Positions 51,745-61,181 of a stretch of 64,000 nt of DNA are shown here, one piece after another. This DNA is from a virus. Lineage: Duplodnaviria; Heunggongvirae; Uroviricota; Caudoviricetes. The notes below the pieces were generated by a model that saw nothing but the letters and a program-made list of their open reading frames with translations, ran no database searches and was not told the origin of the DNA. The stretch spans positions 64,001 to 128,000 of IMG/VR virus record IMGVR_UViG_3300042256_000013; one strand, written 5' to 3'. A program made the translations under genes and the position numbers. Each line of letters starts with the position of its first letter. The first letter of the stretch is position 1.

Positions 51745-52563
51745 TTAACCTTCATAGTAGGCTTGAATAGTACTGAACAACTTCATGGTATCCATGTGGT
51801 AAAGTCCAGAACAGTTCCAGCAATTATATTCAACAATCTTAATGCCATTTGGCGTTTCAGCCAAATCCATAGTATAGAACTGAGCAGGAATATACAGTTC
51901 AGCATATTCATGTGAAGCAGCTAATACGTTTTCGGGAATTTCAGAACTATAGACAGTACTGTTATTCCGGCGATACTGCGACCCGCTAATAGGTTCACCA
52001 TACTTACAGATGAAACGATATTCAGCGTCAATCTGAACAACATCATTTACCAGTACTGTTTCTTCCTGATAATTTTCACGATGATAGTTAGTTTCGATGA
52101 AGTTTTTCAGTACTTCACCAGCTTCCATAACTCCAGCCGTGAATGCTTTCAGGTCTGAGCTTGGTTTTACAAATTTGTCAACCCCAAAGGATGCAAATAA
52201 ATCACGTTCATCTTTGAGATTCAAAAACTCAGGCGTTCCGTTCAACAATGGTAATCCTAAAGTTGAATAAAACGCCTGGTCGAAATTACGAATGTCATAG
52301 GACAAGCCCTGACGCATTTTGGCAATCAGTTCAGGTGATAGATTATCAGAAGTACCTGACTCCAAAATTTCTACCATCTTAGTACCACCACGCATGATGA
52401 AGGTATCATTCACATCCAAATCATCTAAGCCAGTAATTGTCTTAGTGAAAGGAATAACACCGAATGGTACAATCTCATAACCTAACTTTTGGAGAGGAAT
52501 AAATTCATCTTCAAGAGCTTGATACATACGAGCAGTATCTTGTACTAACCATTTAATAGCCAT
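51745..52563 (-). CDS. ATP-grasp domain protein (R2K-like), second copy
   Basis: FVKPSSDLKAF..EYRFI..TMDLA..IVEYNCWNCSGLY. Confidence 0.8.
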   Translation of the reverse strand: MAIKWLVQDTARMYQALEDEFIPLQKLGYEIVPFGVIPFTKTITGLDDLDVNDTFIMRGGTKMVEILESGTSDNLSPELIAKMRQGLSYDIRNFDQAFYSTLGLPLLNGTPEFLNLKDERDLFASFGVDKFVKPSSDLKAFTAGVMEAGEVLKNFIETNYHRENYQEETVLVNDVVQIDAEYRFICKYGEPISGSQYRRNNSTVYSSEIPENVLAASHEYAELYIPAQFYTMDLAETPNGIKIVEYNCWNCSGLYHMDTMKLFSTIQAYYEG

Positions 52564-52574
52564 ACGTTCCTCAA

Positions 52575-52880
52575 TTAGCCGTTACAGAACCAAACACCAA
52601 TACAGTCTTCTTTGTAATCATCTGGCAGACAACTTTTGATTGCTGCGGTATAATCAACAATTTCTTCATCTGGATCACCTTCAGTTGGATCTTGAAGAAG
52701 GAGTGGTTCAGACAAATCAAAAACCGCCGCAAAATCACCGTCCATATAATCGTACATGTTTTCTGTTTCGATACAGTGATTGATTAAATCTTGTAATTCA
52801 TCTTCTGTAAGATCAAGATCGTCTGCATCAATTTTGAATGGTGCAGGTTGTACCCAAGGTTTAACTTTAGCAATTGTCAT
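52575..52880 (-). CDS. Acidic hypothetical protein
   Basis: 101 aa ORF. Confidence 0.75.
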   Translation of the reverse strand: MTIAKVKPWVQPAPFKIDADDLDLTEDELQDLINHCIETENMYDYMDGDFAAVFDLSEPLLLQDPTEGDPDEEIVDYTAAIKSCLPDDYKEDCIGVWFCNG

Positions 52881-52907
52881 TTATATGTTCTCACATATGG
52901 TTTATAT

Positions 52908-53002
52908 TGGAGGTAGATGTGGGATTTGAACCCACGGGCCGCTTTTAAGGGCGACCGCCTTCTTAGCAGGAAGGTGGTTTAAACCGACTCACCCAATCTA
53001 CC
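52908..53002 (-). tRNA. tRNA-Ser(GCT)
   Basis: CCTTC-CTGCTAA-GAAGG, long variable arm, T-CCA. Confidence 0.94.
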
Positions 53003-53014
53003 GTTCATGCTTCT

Positions 53015-53043
53015 ATTATAGCACAACTTTTTGAATCGTTTCA
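53015..53043 (-). promoter_or_regulatory. Class-II promoter
   Basis: TGAAACG-N16-TATAAT inside the 3' end of the upstream ORF. Confidence 0.65.
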
Positions 53044-53459
53044 TCTTTTTTCAAGATTTTTAACAGTTCATTGTGCAAGTTATACAGGACAATGAAGTTT
53101 TCACGTGTAAGACCTAAATGTTCCAAATCTGAATCTTGTACATCATCAATACTTGGATACATCAGAAGTGCATTTTCATCTGATGCAAACAATGCGGTGT
53201 TAAAGAACTGAACATTTTCTTCTGGATCATTATCAGTGAAAATGACATGTGAAGTTTGCATATCCCATACATCAAAAAATTGAACATGGTAATTAAACTT
53301 ACTCAGTGTAACCGATGCTACCAGGTTTCCACCTAGTTCCATAGTACTTTCAAAGCACATATGATTTCCATTGATTGCAGATGGAAATTCATAAAATGTA
53401 TCAAATGTACGTTTAGCATTTTCAGCATCTAATGATACCAAAGAATCGTATTTGCTCAT
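53016..53459 (-). CDS. Hypothetical protein
   Basis: 147 aa ORF. Confidence 0.75.
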   Translation of the reverse strand: MSKYDSLVSLDAENAKRTFDTFYEFPSAINGNHMCFESTMELGGNLVASVTLSKFNYHVQFFDVWDMQTSHVIFTDNDPEENVQFFNTALFASDENALLMYPSIDDVQDSDLEHLGLTRENFIVLYNLHNELLKILKKDETIQKVVL

Positions 53460-53761
53460 TGTAGACTCCTATAATGATTAAGAATTGCGTTAACATCATT
53501 TTTGGAAATCCCAAATACTTCGTCATTCTCACCATCAAGAAAAACGTTGTAATCGATAGATGCTATAGTTTCACGATTAAAAGGAATACCATGATGAGGA
53601 TTGACTAAATTCATGTTGTACTGAACCTTGTCAAGTTTCATATAGGTAGGAGTAACTTTTACTTCATAATCAATTGTACTAATAATCAGTACATTATTGA
53701 TTCCGTCATAACGTTCATAACGGTCAGTACCTAATAAGGCTTCAAAGATTGAATTTAACAT
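53456..53761 (-). CDS. Hypothetical protein
   Basis: Start MLNSIF after AGGAG. Confidence 0.7.
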   Translation of the reverse strand: MLNSIFEALLGTDRYERYDGINNVLIISTIDYEVKVTPTYMKLDKVQYNMNLVNPHHGIPFNRETIASIDYNVFLDGENDEVFGISKNDVNAILNHYRSLQ

Positions 53762-53763
53762 AA

Positions 53764-54138
53764 TTACTCTCCTGTACATAAGGTGTTGAAAACGTCTTTC
53801 AAGAATTCAATATCAGAGTACCGCAAAGAGCCAAAATCATGAAGTGTACATAGTTGGAAAAACCATTCTTCAGTGATATTTGCATCAAGTTTCATTCTTT
53901 CTACTGTATCATCTCTAAGCCAGAATTTCAAGCCATTTTTTGTAATTTTTATCGTATAATCATCGCCGCTCAGTGAGGCATAAGATAAACGAGGTATTAC
54001 TAATCCTGTATTAATTTTAACAATCTTATATTCACCATCAAGAGTTATCTCGGATGAAAATAGTCCAGTTTCAGGATAATCAGTAATAAAAGAGTGCGTC
54101 GTAACGCACTCGCAGTTTTCAAGGTATTCAAATAACAT
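53764..54138 (-). CDS. EEW(H/F)FQLST-family protein
   Basis: TEEWFFQLCT. Confidence 0.75.
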   Translation of the reverse strand: MLFEYLENCECVTTHSFITDYPETGLFSSEITLDGEYKIVKINTGLVIPRLSYASLSGDDYTIKITKNGLKFWLRDDTVERMKLDANITEEWFFQLCTLHDFGSLRYSDIEFLKDVFNTLCTGE

Positions 54139-54488
54139 TACAGTACTTCGTAGTGTGTCCAGGTTCGTTGTTCTTTGGAAGAAGCTTTTTGCTCGTCAGT
54201 ACGAGTATCTTCAAGACGACTTACTGCATCTTTCAGTACTTCTACATCTACCATAGTATCCATATAATGCATATGGTTAGTATACCCGAACATGTACTTA
54301 ATTCCAGTCCAAATACGCTTATACCACTTCTGACGAATTTCTAGGCACATGTTAATATTACAAATGCCTAAATGTTTATCATCATTTGTATCACCAGAAT
54401 TGTATTGAGCAATATGAATAGAATGTTCACGTACATCGCCACAATGACAACGGATGATAATTTCTTTGCTTTCGTTGTTAGAACTCAT
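54138..54488 (-). CDS. Hypothetical protein
   Basis: 116 aa, IRCHCG..WYKRIWTGIKYMFG. Confidence 0.78.
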   Translation of the reverse strand: MSSNNESKEIIIRCHCGDVREHSIHIAQYNSGDTNDDKHLGICNINMCLEIRQKWYKRIWTGIKYMFGYTNHMHYMDTMVDVEVLKDAVSRLEDTRTDEQKASSKEQRTWTHYEVL

Positions 54489-54595
54489 AAAGTTCTCCTT
54501 AGTTATTTTACCGACATTATCGGTTTGTACTGCTGTTAACTCAGCTTAGTGTACAAACCGTACATCGGGATAAAACTAATAGTCATAATTATCTC

Positions 54596-54898
54596 CTACA
54601 GCAAAGTAAAAAGTAAGTCCTCAGTAAAGTGAGGGTAATGATCACTTCCAGGATATGGCACTTTATATGTTTCAGTAAGAACTACCAAATCATAATCTGT
54701 ACCATTAAACATCCAGAACTGAACATTTTGAACTGGAATGCTACGAATTTTCATGCAGTACCGGAAACCATACAGCATAGATTCTGAACTTACAATAACA
54801 GAACCATTAGTGCTGTCAAGATGTAAATTACAAAATTCCAGGACTGCTGCATCTGGTAGTACAACTCCATCATGTGGATTATAAAAAATATCGATCAT
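54596..54898 (-). CDS. Hypothetical protein, tandem paralog 1
   Basis: YNPHDGVVLPDAA. Confidence 0.75.
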   Translation of the reverse strand: MIDIFYNPHDGVVLPDAAVLEFCNLHLDSTNGSVIVSSESMLYGFRYCMKIRSIPVQNVQFWMFNGTDYDLVVLTETYKVPYPGSDHYPHFTEDLLFTLL

Positions 54899-55236
54899 TA
54901 GAACAAATCCATCAACATTTGGGTCATGTAATCAGGATAATTAAAACTTCCATCAAGACCATAATCCAGGTTATAAGTAGGTTCAACCAGTACTGTAGTA
55001 CTGGCTTCTACACCATCAACAACAGCAGGAACAACAAAAACAATACGAGAAGCATCGATGTTGTTCTTTTTCATTGAATAGCGAAGTGCAGTCATCAAAA
55101 ATTCATTACCTACAGTAATGTCAAATTTTTCTGCATGAACCATACGATCTGCGTACATCATCGCAGCTTTATCTGGCATTACTAAACCGTTCATATCGTC
55201 ATAGCGAACGATAAAATCAAATTGTTCAAGATTCAT
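54898..55236 (-). CDS. Hypothetical protein, tandem paralog 2
   Basis: YDDMNGLVMPDKA. Confidence 0.75.
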   Translation of the reverse strand: MNLEQFDFIVRYDDMNGLVMPDKAAMMYADRMVHAEKFDITVGNEFLMTALRYSMKKNNIDASRIVFVVPAVVDGVEASTTVLVEPTYNLDYGLDGSFNYPDYMTQMLMDLF

Positions 55237-55245
55237 ATCATTTCC

Positions 55246-55704
55246 TTAGAAGAAAGGTGGTGGTTCAGGTAAAACACCTAAACGATCAGACCAATAATGA
55301 TATACAAAAATAAATGCACCTTCAGAATTTACTTTGTAAACACTATGGCAATTCGGATGACCAATACGAACATAACCGGACTTATGATCACGTTTAGCAA
55401 ACATCTCTGCCATATCGCGAGTTGGGTACAGGTTATAGAACCGACGATATGCATTTTCATCGTGTTTATATTCAAACAACTTATTGAACAGAATACCAGT
55501 TTTGTACTGTTCTTCCGTAAGTTGTTCTGCACTGGTACGACGACAATCCATAACGAATACCCAGCTATTGTTCTCTTCAAATAAAGAGATAGCTTCATCC
55601 AGTAGTTCTTCATCTGACAAAGAATATTCGTTTAAAGCGAAGTATCCCCAAAACTCAAACCCACCACCGGATGCATCAGTTTCGTTTACGCGAAAGTATT
55701 TCAT
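55246..55704 (-). CDS. Hypothetical protein
   Basis: 152 aa ORF. Confidence 0.75.
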   Translation of the reverse strand: MKYFRVNETDASGGGFEFWGYFALNEYSLSDEELLDEAISLFEENNSWVFVMDCRRTSAEQLTEEQYKTGILFNKLFEYKHDENAYRRFYNLYPTRDMAEMFAKRDHKSGYVRIGHPNCHSVYKVNSEGAFIFVYHYWSDRLGVLPEPPPFF

Positions 55705-55910
55705 TTTTTATAATCCTCAAAGAATCCAGCAATAGCACATGTTAGTTGAATAATAACAAGTCCTGTACCGATTATATTACCTACAGTACCTTCAATTAAT
55801 AATAGTACTGGAAGCTGTATTAAAGGAAGAAAGATTGCTAAAAGTGTAAAATCATTTCCTATACGTGTACGTAGTTGGTATAAAATAAATTTCCAATACA
55901 GCATGAACAT
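55701..55910 (-). CDS. Membrane protein
   Basis: 69 aa, AAGGAG RBS. Confidence 0.7.
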   Translation of the reverse strand: MFMLYWKFILYQLRTRIGNDFTLLAIFLPLIQLPVLLLIEGTVGNIIGTGLVIIQLTCAIAGFFEDYKK

Positions 55911-55961
55911 ATAGTACTCCTTCTCGATTAAAATGTCCAGTACTAAGTACTGGACTTTGTA

Positions 55962-56204
55962 TTACAACTGAACCAGAGTTTCAGTCCAATTGGTATCTTC
56001 AAGGTCGAATGTACCAATATCGTACATATCTGAGCGGTTCGGATTTTCCCACCAGTTGAATTCTTCATCTGGTTTAGGGCGTTCTTCGAAGCCCAAGGTT
56101 TTACCATTTTTATCAGTCGCGATGAAGTGAATATTATCAGGAACATGTACTTCAGTACCGTGATAATTCACTGCTTTCATTTTTAGTAGTTCAATTGCTT
56201 TCAT
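55962..56204 (-). CDS. Hypothetical protein
   Basis: VNYHG..FIATDKNG. Confidence 0.72.
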   Translation of the reverse strand: MKAIELLKMKAVNYHGTEVHVPDNIHFIATDKNGKTLGFEERPKPDEEFNWWENPNRSDMYDIGTFDLEDTNWTETLVQL

Positions 56205-56817
56205 TTTTCCTGCCCTCAAATATGATACTGTTTTCTAAATGATATTGTAACACAGATTTAAAATTTTCTAAAGCTATTTTTACATCGTTATCTGAAGTCT
56301 CAATGAATTCATCAATATATTTTATTTTCTCCGAAATCCATTGTAAATGAGAATCTAATATAGTATCAAAATATCCATGATATTTTTTACCACATATACA
56401 TCCGTATCTTCCTTCAGATTTCAAGTATACACCTATTGGAAATTCACCACGACTATTATGATTTTCATTAAGAAATCTATTCAAATCAGGTGATATGAAT
56501 AGGCACGTATCTGGAGAATAAACCATATTCCCAAGTACTTTTAGATCTTTGTCAAGTTGCTTTCCTTCCCAATCTTGGGTTTCCATCCAAGATTTGAAAT
56601 TAGAAAATGTTAACCATTCTTCACATATAGTACATCCTCTATATGTTGGTCGTTTTAATAATGCATTTTCATCATAACAACGCGAAATTAAATTATACCA
56701 CTTAACATAATAAGGGCATCTCCACACAACTTTACGTTTTCCGTTTATTACTTCTTCTTTAAAAGTAACATAGTCGGCATCATTGATGCCGACATTTAAT
56801 ACTAATTTATTTGCCAT
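56191..56817 (-). mobile_element. Putative free-standing homing endonuclease (HNH/AP2-associated type)
   Basis: WYNLISRCY..YRGCTICEEW..FSNF..WM..LDKDL...YSPDTCLFI. Confidence 0.7.
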
Positions 56818-57610
56818 GTTTCCATTGATACCATCCGTAGATGGAGTTGAGCCAAAATGTGATCCACATCGCTAAAATGGAGAAACCCTGGTTCTGATGA
56901 TGCATAACTGCTATGATCCACATAATAATGGCAACAGTGTTTACAAGAATCCAGATTAACCACTGTTCAGCGTAACGCATGACCATCAATGTAGTCGCTA
57001 CGATACTCAGAATAGCTGTAGCTGAATCTAATCCAGGAGTTGCCCCTTCGAGGTAACGAAGGAAACCAGCATATGCAGCAATCGCAACGGCAGTACCGAC
57101 GAATAACAGAATACGCTGTTTAGTACTCATCACTTTACGAATTACGTCAGTATTCTCTACCTTGCTGTTACGAATCCAGTAATAATATCCGCTGACCTGC
57201 ATTGGTAGGAATAACAGTGCATACGTAATTGTTTCACCGTACAGTTTATACTTATACGAGATAAGAATATACAAACCAGTACCGACGAATCCCCAAACGT
57301 AAGAACTAATCTTACCTTTAGCAACCAAAATCGCACCAACAATACTCGTGAATGAGCAGATGAATTCAATCCATCCACCACCCATGATAACTGATGTTGC
57401 CAGAATAATGGATGGAGCAATAAGCACCCACGCATATTCTTTTGCTGACCAGCCTTGGAAATCAGTTACACAAGTACTGAATACCTGCGAGAATTTCAAA
57501 TCTGTTTTAGCAATACGGAGTACATAGAAACCGCATACGAAAAACAGGAATGCTGCATAACTCCACAACAATTGTGGAGAGAGATTAAGACTCGTCACCA
57601 GTGTGTTCAT
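56807..57610 (-). CDS. pnuC: Nicotinamide riboside transporter PnuC
   Basis: Polytopic membrane protein; KGKISSYVWG, LDSATAILSIVA..EQWLIWILVN; adjacent to nadR. Confidence 0.9.
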   Translation of the reverse strand: MNTLVTSLNLSPQLLWSYAAFLFFVCGFYVLRIAKTDLKFSQVFSTCVTDFQGWSAKEYAWVLIAPSIILATSVIMGGGWIEFICSFTSIVGAILVAKGKISSYVWGFVGTGLYILISYKYKLYGETITYALLFLPMQVSGYYYWIRNSKVENTDVIRKVMSTKQRILLFVGTAVAIAAYAGFLRYLEGATPGLDSATAILSIVATTLMVMRYAEQWLIWILVNTVAIIMWIIAVMHHQNQGFSILAMWITFWLNSIYGWYQWKHGK

Positions 57611-58661
57611 TGGGTTTTCCTTGAAGTAAATTTTGAACCATTTTTACTGCTGTTTTGAAACGTTCGTCATAGTCCGGCCCGCTAATCAGGTGGTACTTGA
57701 CACCATGTGCTTTACAGAGGAACTTCAACAATTCATTCGTCTCTTGACGGCGTTCTGTTGAGAAGTTCAGCCTAAGTGGATCATACACCCACGGAACATC
57801 TATGTCAAGCATAATTACTAGATCATAGTCTTCTACGTGTGCCATCTGACTTAGTACTTTACTGGTTTTACCCATACATTCTGCGGCGAACAGAGTAATA
57901 AGATTGTTAGTATCGCTGAACATTACTTTGTTCGCAGTCTTAGCAACCTTATGTTCTTTTACTTTATGCTCCATTGCGACATATTCATAATCTTCGATAT
58001 TCATCATATCTTCAGACCAATGATATTCATCTTCGCAGATAGTGCGACCAACTTCTTCCACGTATTGAGTACTGAAATGGTTGGCGAGGTTAATTGTTAA
58101 AGTACTTTTACCAGTACTCTCAACCCCAATGATACAAACCTTCTTAACGAAGTGTTTGTGTGCTGCTGGTGCTAATAGATCCCAATGCTCATATGGATTA
58201 GCACGTACACGAGTAGCACTAATATCCACAAATTCACGTGGAGGATCAATTAGGATATGTTCAGCTTCAGGCCAGTACGTTTGAAAGTATTCAGTATATT
58301 CAGTTTCTGAACTGAAAACCCAATCCATATCTGGTGCTTCACGACTTCCAGTACTATGAAATATTTCATTACGTACAAGGTCAGTGAAATCTTTACTACC
58401 ATCTGGATAGGACTGAATAGGAGATTCATCTACGTACAACACATTAATTTTAGACATGTGCTTAAAACTATCTTTCAGCCACATCAAACGGTTGCGTTTA
58501 GTCATGATCTTTTGCAATTCAGGAGTTAATGTATCCTGAAATTTTTGATCCCAGCACATTACTACAAATAGTTCATCAACTAAAGTAGCTGCTTTCTGAA
58601 TTGCCGCGATATGTCCAGTCGTAAGTGGAGCAAATTTACCAAAGAATAATCCACGTGACAT
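57585..58661 (-). CDS. nadR: NadR-type NMN adenylyltransferase / ribosylnicotinamide kinase
   Basis: FGKFAPLTTGH, ISATRVR, IIGVESTGKSTL. Confidence 0.93.
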   Translation of the reverse strand: MSRGLFFGKFAPLTTGHIAAIQKAATLVDELFVVMCWDQKFQDTLTPELQKIMTKRNRLMWLKDSFKHMSKINVLYVDESPIQSYPDGSKDFTDLVRNEIFHSTGSREAPDMDWVFSSETEYTEYFQTYWPEAEHILIDPPREFVDISATRVRANPYEHWDLLAPAAHKHFVKKVCIIGVESTGKSTLTINLANHFSTQYVEEVGRTICEDEYHWSEDMMNIEDYEYVAMEHKVKEHKVAKTANKVMFSDTNNLITLFAAECMGKTSKVLSQMAHVEDYDLVIMLDIDVPWVYDPLRLNFSTERRQETNELLKFLCKAHGVKYHLISGPDYDERFKTAVKMVQNLLQGKPNEHTGDES

Positions 58662-58673
58662 TGTTATGTTCTC

Positions 58674-59033
58674 TTATAGTTTAGGGTTCACACCATACGC
58701 TAACAATCCACCACGAGTGTCATTATCAGCGTCTTTGAATTTAACATCAGTGTTATCAATACAATGTACTGTCAATTCAGGATCAACAAAATAAAATAAC
58801 CACAAAGGTATTAACAACATTTCATCAGTGGTGCTCCATTTACGGAACCCCAATTCTTTCATTTCATCAATATTTAAATCAGTTATATCAAGATATGAAA
58901 AATCTGGTTTTTCTTTAATTATATGTGATAATCCTTTTAATCTGTCATAATCATGGTTAGGATTCCACGATTCAGAAGTAGCAATATGATTGATAAGATC
59001 ATATATAACTTTACATTTTTCAAAAGTACTCAT
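58674..59033 (-). CDS. Hypothetical protein
   Basis: 119 aa, LGFRKW..DNDTRGG.LAYG. Confidence 0.78.
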   Translation of the reverse strand: MSTFEKCKVIYDLINHIATSESWNPNHDYDRLKGLSHIIKEKPDFSYLDITDLNIDEMKELGFRKWSTTDEMLLIPLWLFYFVDPELTVHCIDNTDVKFKDADNDTRGGLLAYGVNPKL

Positions 59034-59275
59034 TATTTCCCTAATACGGAAGTTTGAACGTAGACTTTATGTTGACTACGTTTTTGTAATGTTGCTTTAA
59101 ATTCTTCACAAGCTTTATCAGCTTTGTCTTTGTCAAAGTATACGCCAATTACACGATCTACATCATGGTGAGTACTGCTGATACGCATGACACAATATAC
59201 CGGAATATCAACATCTGATGATTCCGCATTCGATAATAACTTGTTCAGTTCTAACAGCAAATTAGGAACACTCAT
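59033..59275 (-). CDS. Hypothetical protein
   Basis: 80 aa ORF. Confidence 0.7.
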   Translation of the reverse strand: MSVPNLLLELNKLLSNAESSDVDIPVYCVMRISSTHHDVDRVIGVYFDKDKADKACEEFKATLQKRSQHKVYVQTSVLGK

Positions 59276-59285
59276 ATTTTTATCC

Positions 59286-59600
59286 TTACTGGCATTCGTA
59301 AACTTGCGATACGCGAGTTACGGTTTTTTTGGTTGGATTGAAAGATGAACCCTGATACCAGCGAGATTCAGAACTCAACACCTTACCAGGCTGAGCTTCA
59401 GCTTTAGGAATAACTGCATCAAAGCAGGTTTCGCCCATGCTATCTTTCATGTGTTTCCAGATGCTCAACGAAAAGCGTTCAAGTTTATTACAAACCTGAA
59501 CACGACAAAGAGGTTCAGGCTGAATTTCAGCATGAGCCTGAGTTGACAGTACTGCCAGAGCAATAAAACCAGCCATCATTACTTTTTTCATTTTGTTCAC
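59286..59600 (-). CDS. Secreted hypothetical protein
   Basis: Signal peptide; Cys-containing. Confidence 0.75.
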   Translation of the reverse strand: MNKMKKVMMAGFIALAVLSTQAHAEIQPEPLCRVQVCNKLERFSLSIWKHMKDSMGETCFDAVIPKAEAQPGKVLSSESRWYQGSSFNPTKKTVTRVSQVYECQ

Positions 59601-59624
59601 CCGTCTTCATTAAAGTAGGCAATC

Positions 59625-59653
59625 ATTATCACTGATTGCCTTTGGAATGTCAA
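59625..59653 (-). promoter_or_regulatory. sigma70-type promoter overlapped by inverted repeat
   Basis: TTGACA-N17-GATAAT; AGGCAATCA/TGATTGCCT spans the -10. Confidence 0.65.
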
Positions 59654-59661
59654 GGATTTTT

Positions 59662-59871
59662 TCAGTTAATTTCAAAATCTTGCACATCACCGTAAGTACG
59701 GTAAATTTCAGCCAACTCATTACGAGTCATATTTGGAAATTGAACTTGAATACGATTCAATGCTTCTTCTTCTGAACCAAAGAACCCGTTACGGTCTAAT
59801 CCCCGAATAGCACGTTGAACGCATTCGAGGGGTTCATCAAAATTGAAACTATCATTTTCTGGAGTTGACAT
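59662..59871 (-). CDS. Hypothetical protein
   Basis: 69 aa ORF. Confidence 0.7.
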   Translation of the reverse strand: MSTPENDSFNFDEPLECVQRAIRGLDRNGFFGSEEEALNRIQVQFPNMTRNELAEIYRTYGDVQDFEIN

Positions 59872-59874
59872 AAC

Positions 59875-60120
59875 TCACCTCGGAATGTATAGATATTCAT
59901 AGTACTGAACAGTGCAACCTTCATAGATAGGATTATTTTGTAAAATCTGATCTATGATTTGTGGATGTGCATTACACTGCCAGGCTTTTGACTGTTTATA
60001 ACGAAGAACAGATCCTTCGTGAATAATCCAGTAACGCTTGAGGTACACTATACTCCCATCAGTCGGCTCAGTCAAGGACTCTATGGGATATTTTTCAAAT
60101 AATTCTTCGTTGAAAGCCAT
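59875..60120 (-). CDS. Hypothetical protein
   Basis: 81 aa ORF. Confidence 0.72.
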   Translation of the reverse strand: MAFNEELFEKYPIESLTEPTDGSIVYLKRYWIIHEGSVLRYKQSKAWQCNAHPQIIDQILQNNPIYEGCTVQYYEYLYIPR

Positions 60121-60129
60121 AGCTATTCC

Positions 60130-61113
60130 TTAGATGTGACAATCCACAAGAATAAGAAGATCATTATCATCGAAAGATTTTACCTTTTCAATAAACAATT
60201 CATTCCAGTTAGATTTTTCATTATTTGAGATACCGAACCAGCCCATTTCACCCTTTTCGTACCATGCATCGTCCAGTACTGCATAAGTACCGATTGATCC
60301 AAATACACGATCTACGATAAACTGTTCACGTGAAACGTTCCAGAAATTATCAATTTCAGTTGCAATCCATGAAGTTTCTTCATCTTCAATTTGAGACATA
60401 ACATCATAAAATTCTCCACGGAATGGCTGATTCCAATAGAACTGACGAGCAGCACCAGTATCTGACGGATAAAGATTACGACAGTCTTCCCAAGTATGAT
60501 ATGTATTGGAAAATTGATGTGAAGTATAAAGATCATGATACTTCATATATTTCAGTACTGCATCAGTTGCTTCACGTTCAATATCCCAATCACCTTTAGT
60601 GATAATATCGTGACGATTTCCTTCTTTATCCAGGAAATGATTTGACCAGCGACCGCCAACTGTCCACCAATCCCACTGACGATTCGGGTTCGTGTAACGA
60701 TAAAAACGACCATCACGGAAATCTGAATATTCACCATCCATAGAATATCCGCACCAATCTGTTAAATATTCTTCGAAATTCATTACATCTTTAATTAATG
60801 TATTACGAATTTCCCATCCATCAGGTAGATGTAATTCATCATCACGATCTTTATATTTTGAAAGTTTATCAGAATATTGTGATGCAACAAATTCATTATA
60901 ATTATTGAATACTGCATAGAATGCTTCTTTTTCATAAGAAACAATATGGTCATCAGTTTCATCAGTTTCAATTACATATTGGTCTTTAACACCAGTACAT
61001 TCAAACTCGTGATAAGGTTGTAATTTATCAGCAAGAACGTTTTGAATACTTTCTGAATCAAGATTTTCTAATTCTGCTGCCGGGATACGAACAAGTACTG
61101 TAAAGTGTGACAT
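60130..61113 (-). CDS. Hypothetical protein (NPN..WDWW..GGRW type)
   Basis: 327 aa ORF. Confidence 0.85.
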   Translation of the reverse strand: MSHFTVLVRIPAAELENLDSESIQNVLADKLQPYHEFECTGVKDQYVIETDETDDHIVSYEKEAFYAVFNNYNEFVASQYSDKLSKYKDRDDELHLPDGWEIRNTLIKDVMNFEEYLTDWCGYSMDGEYSDFRDGRFYRYTNPNRQWDWWTVGGRWSNHFLDKEGNRHDIITKGDWDIEREATDAVLKYMKYHDLYTSHQFSNTYHTWEDCRNLYPSDTGAARQFYWNQPFRGEFYDVMSQIEDEETSWIATEIDNFWNVSREQFIVDRVFGSIGTYAVLDDAWYEKGEMGWFGISNNEKSNWNELFIEKVKSFDDNDLLILVDCHI

Positions 61114-61181
61114 TATTTCTACCTATTGTAAAATATTACGGTTTAATTAAAAAGTTCTCTGATAATTCAGAGAACATATAC

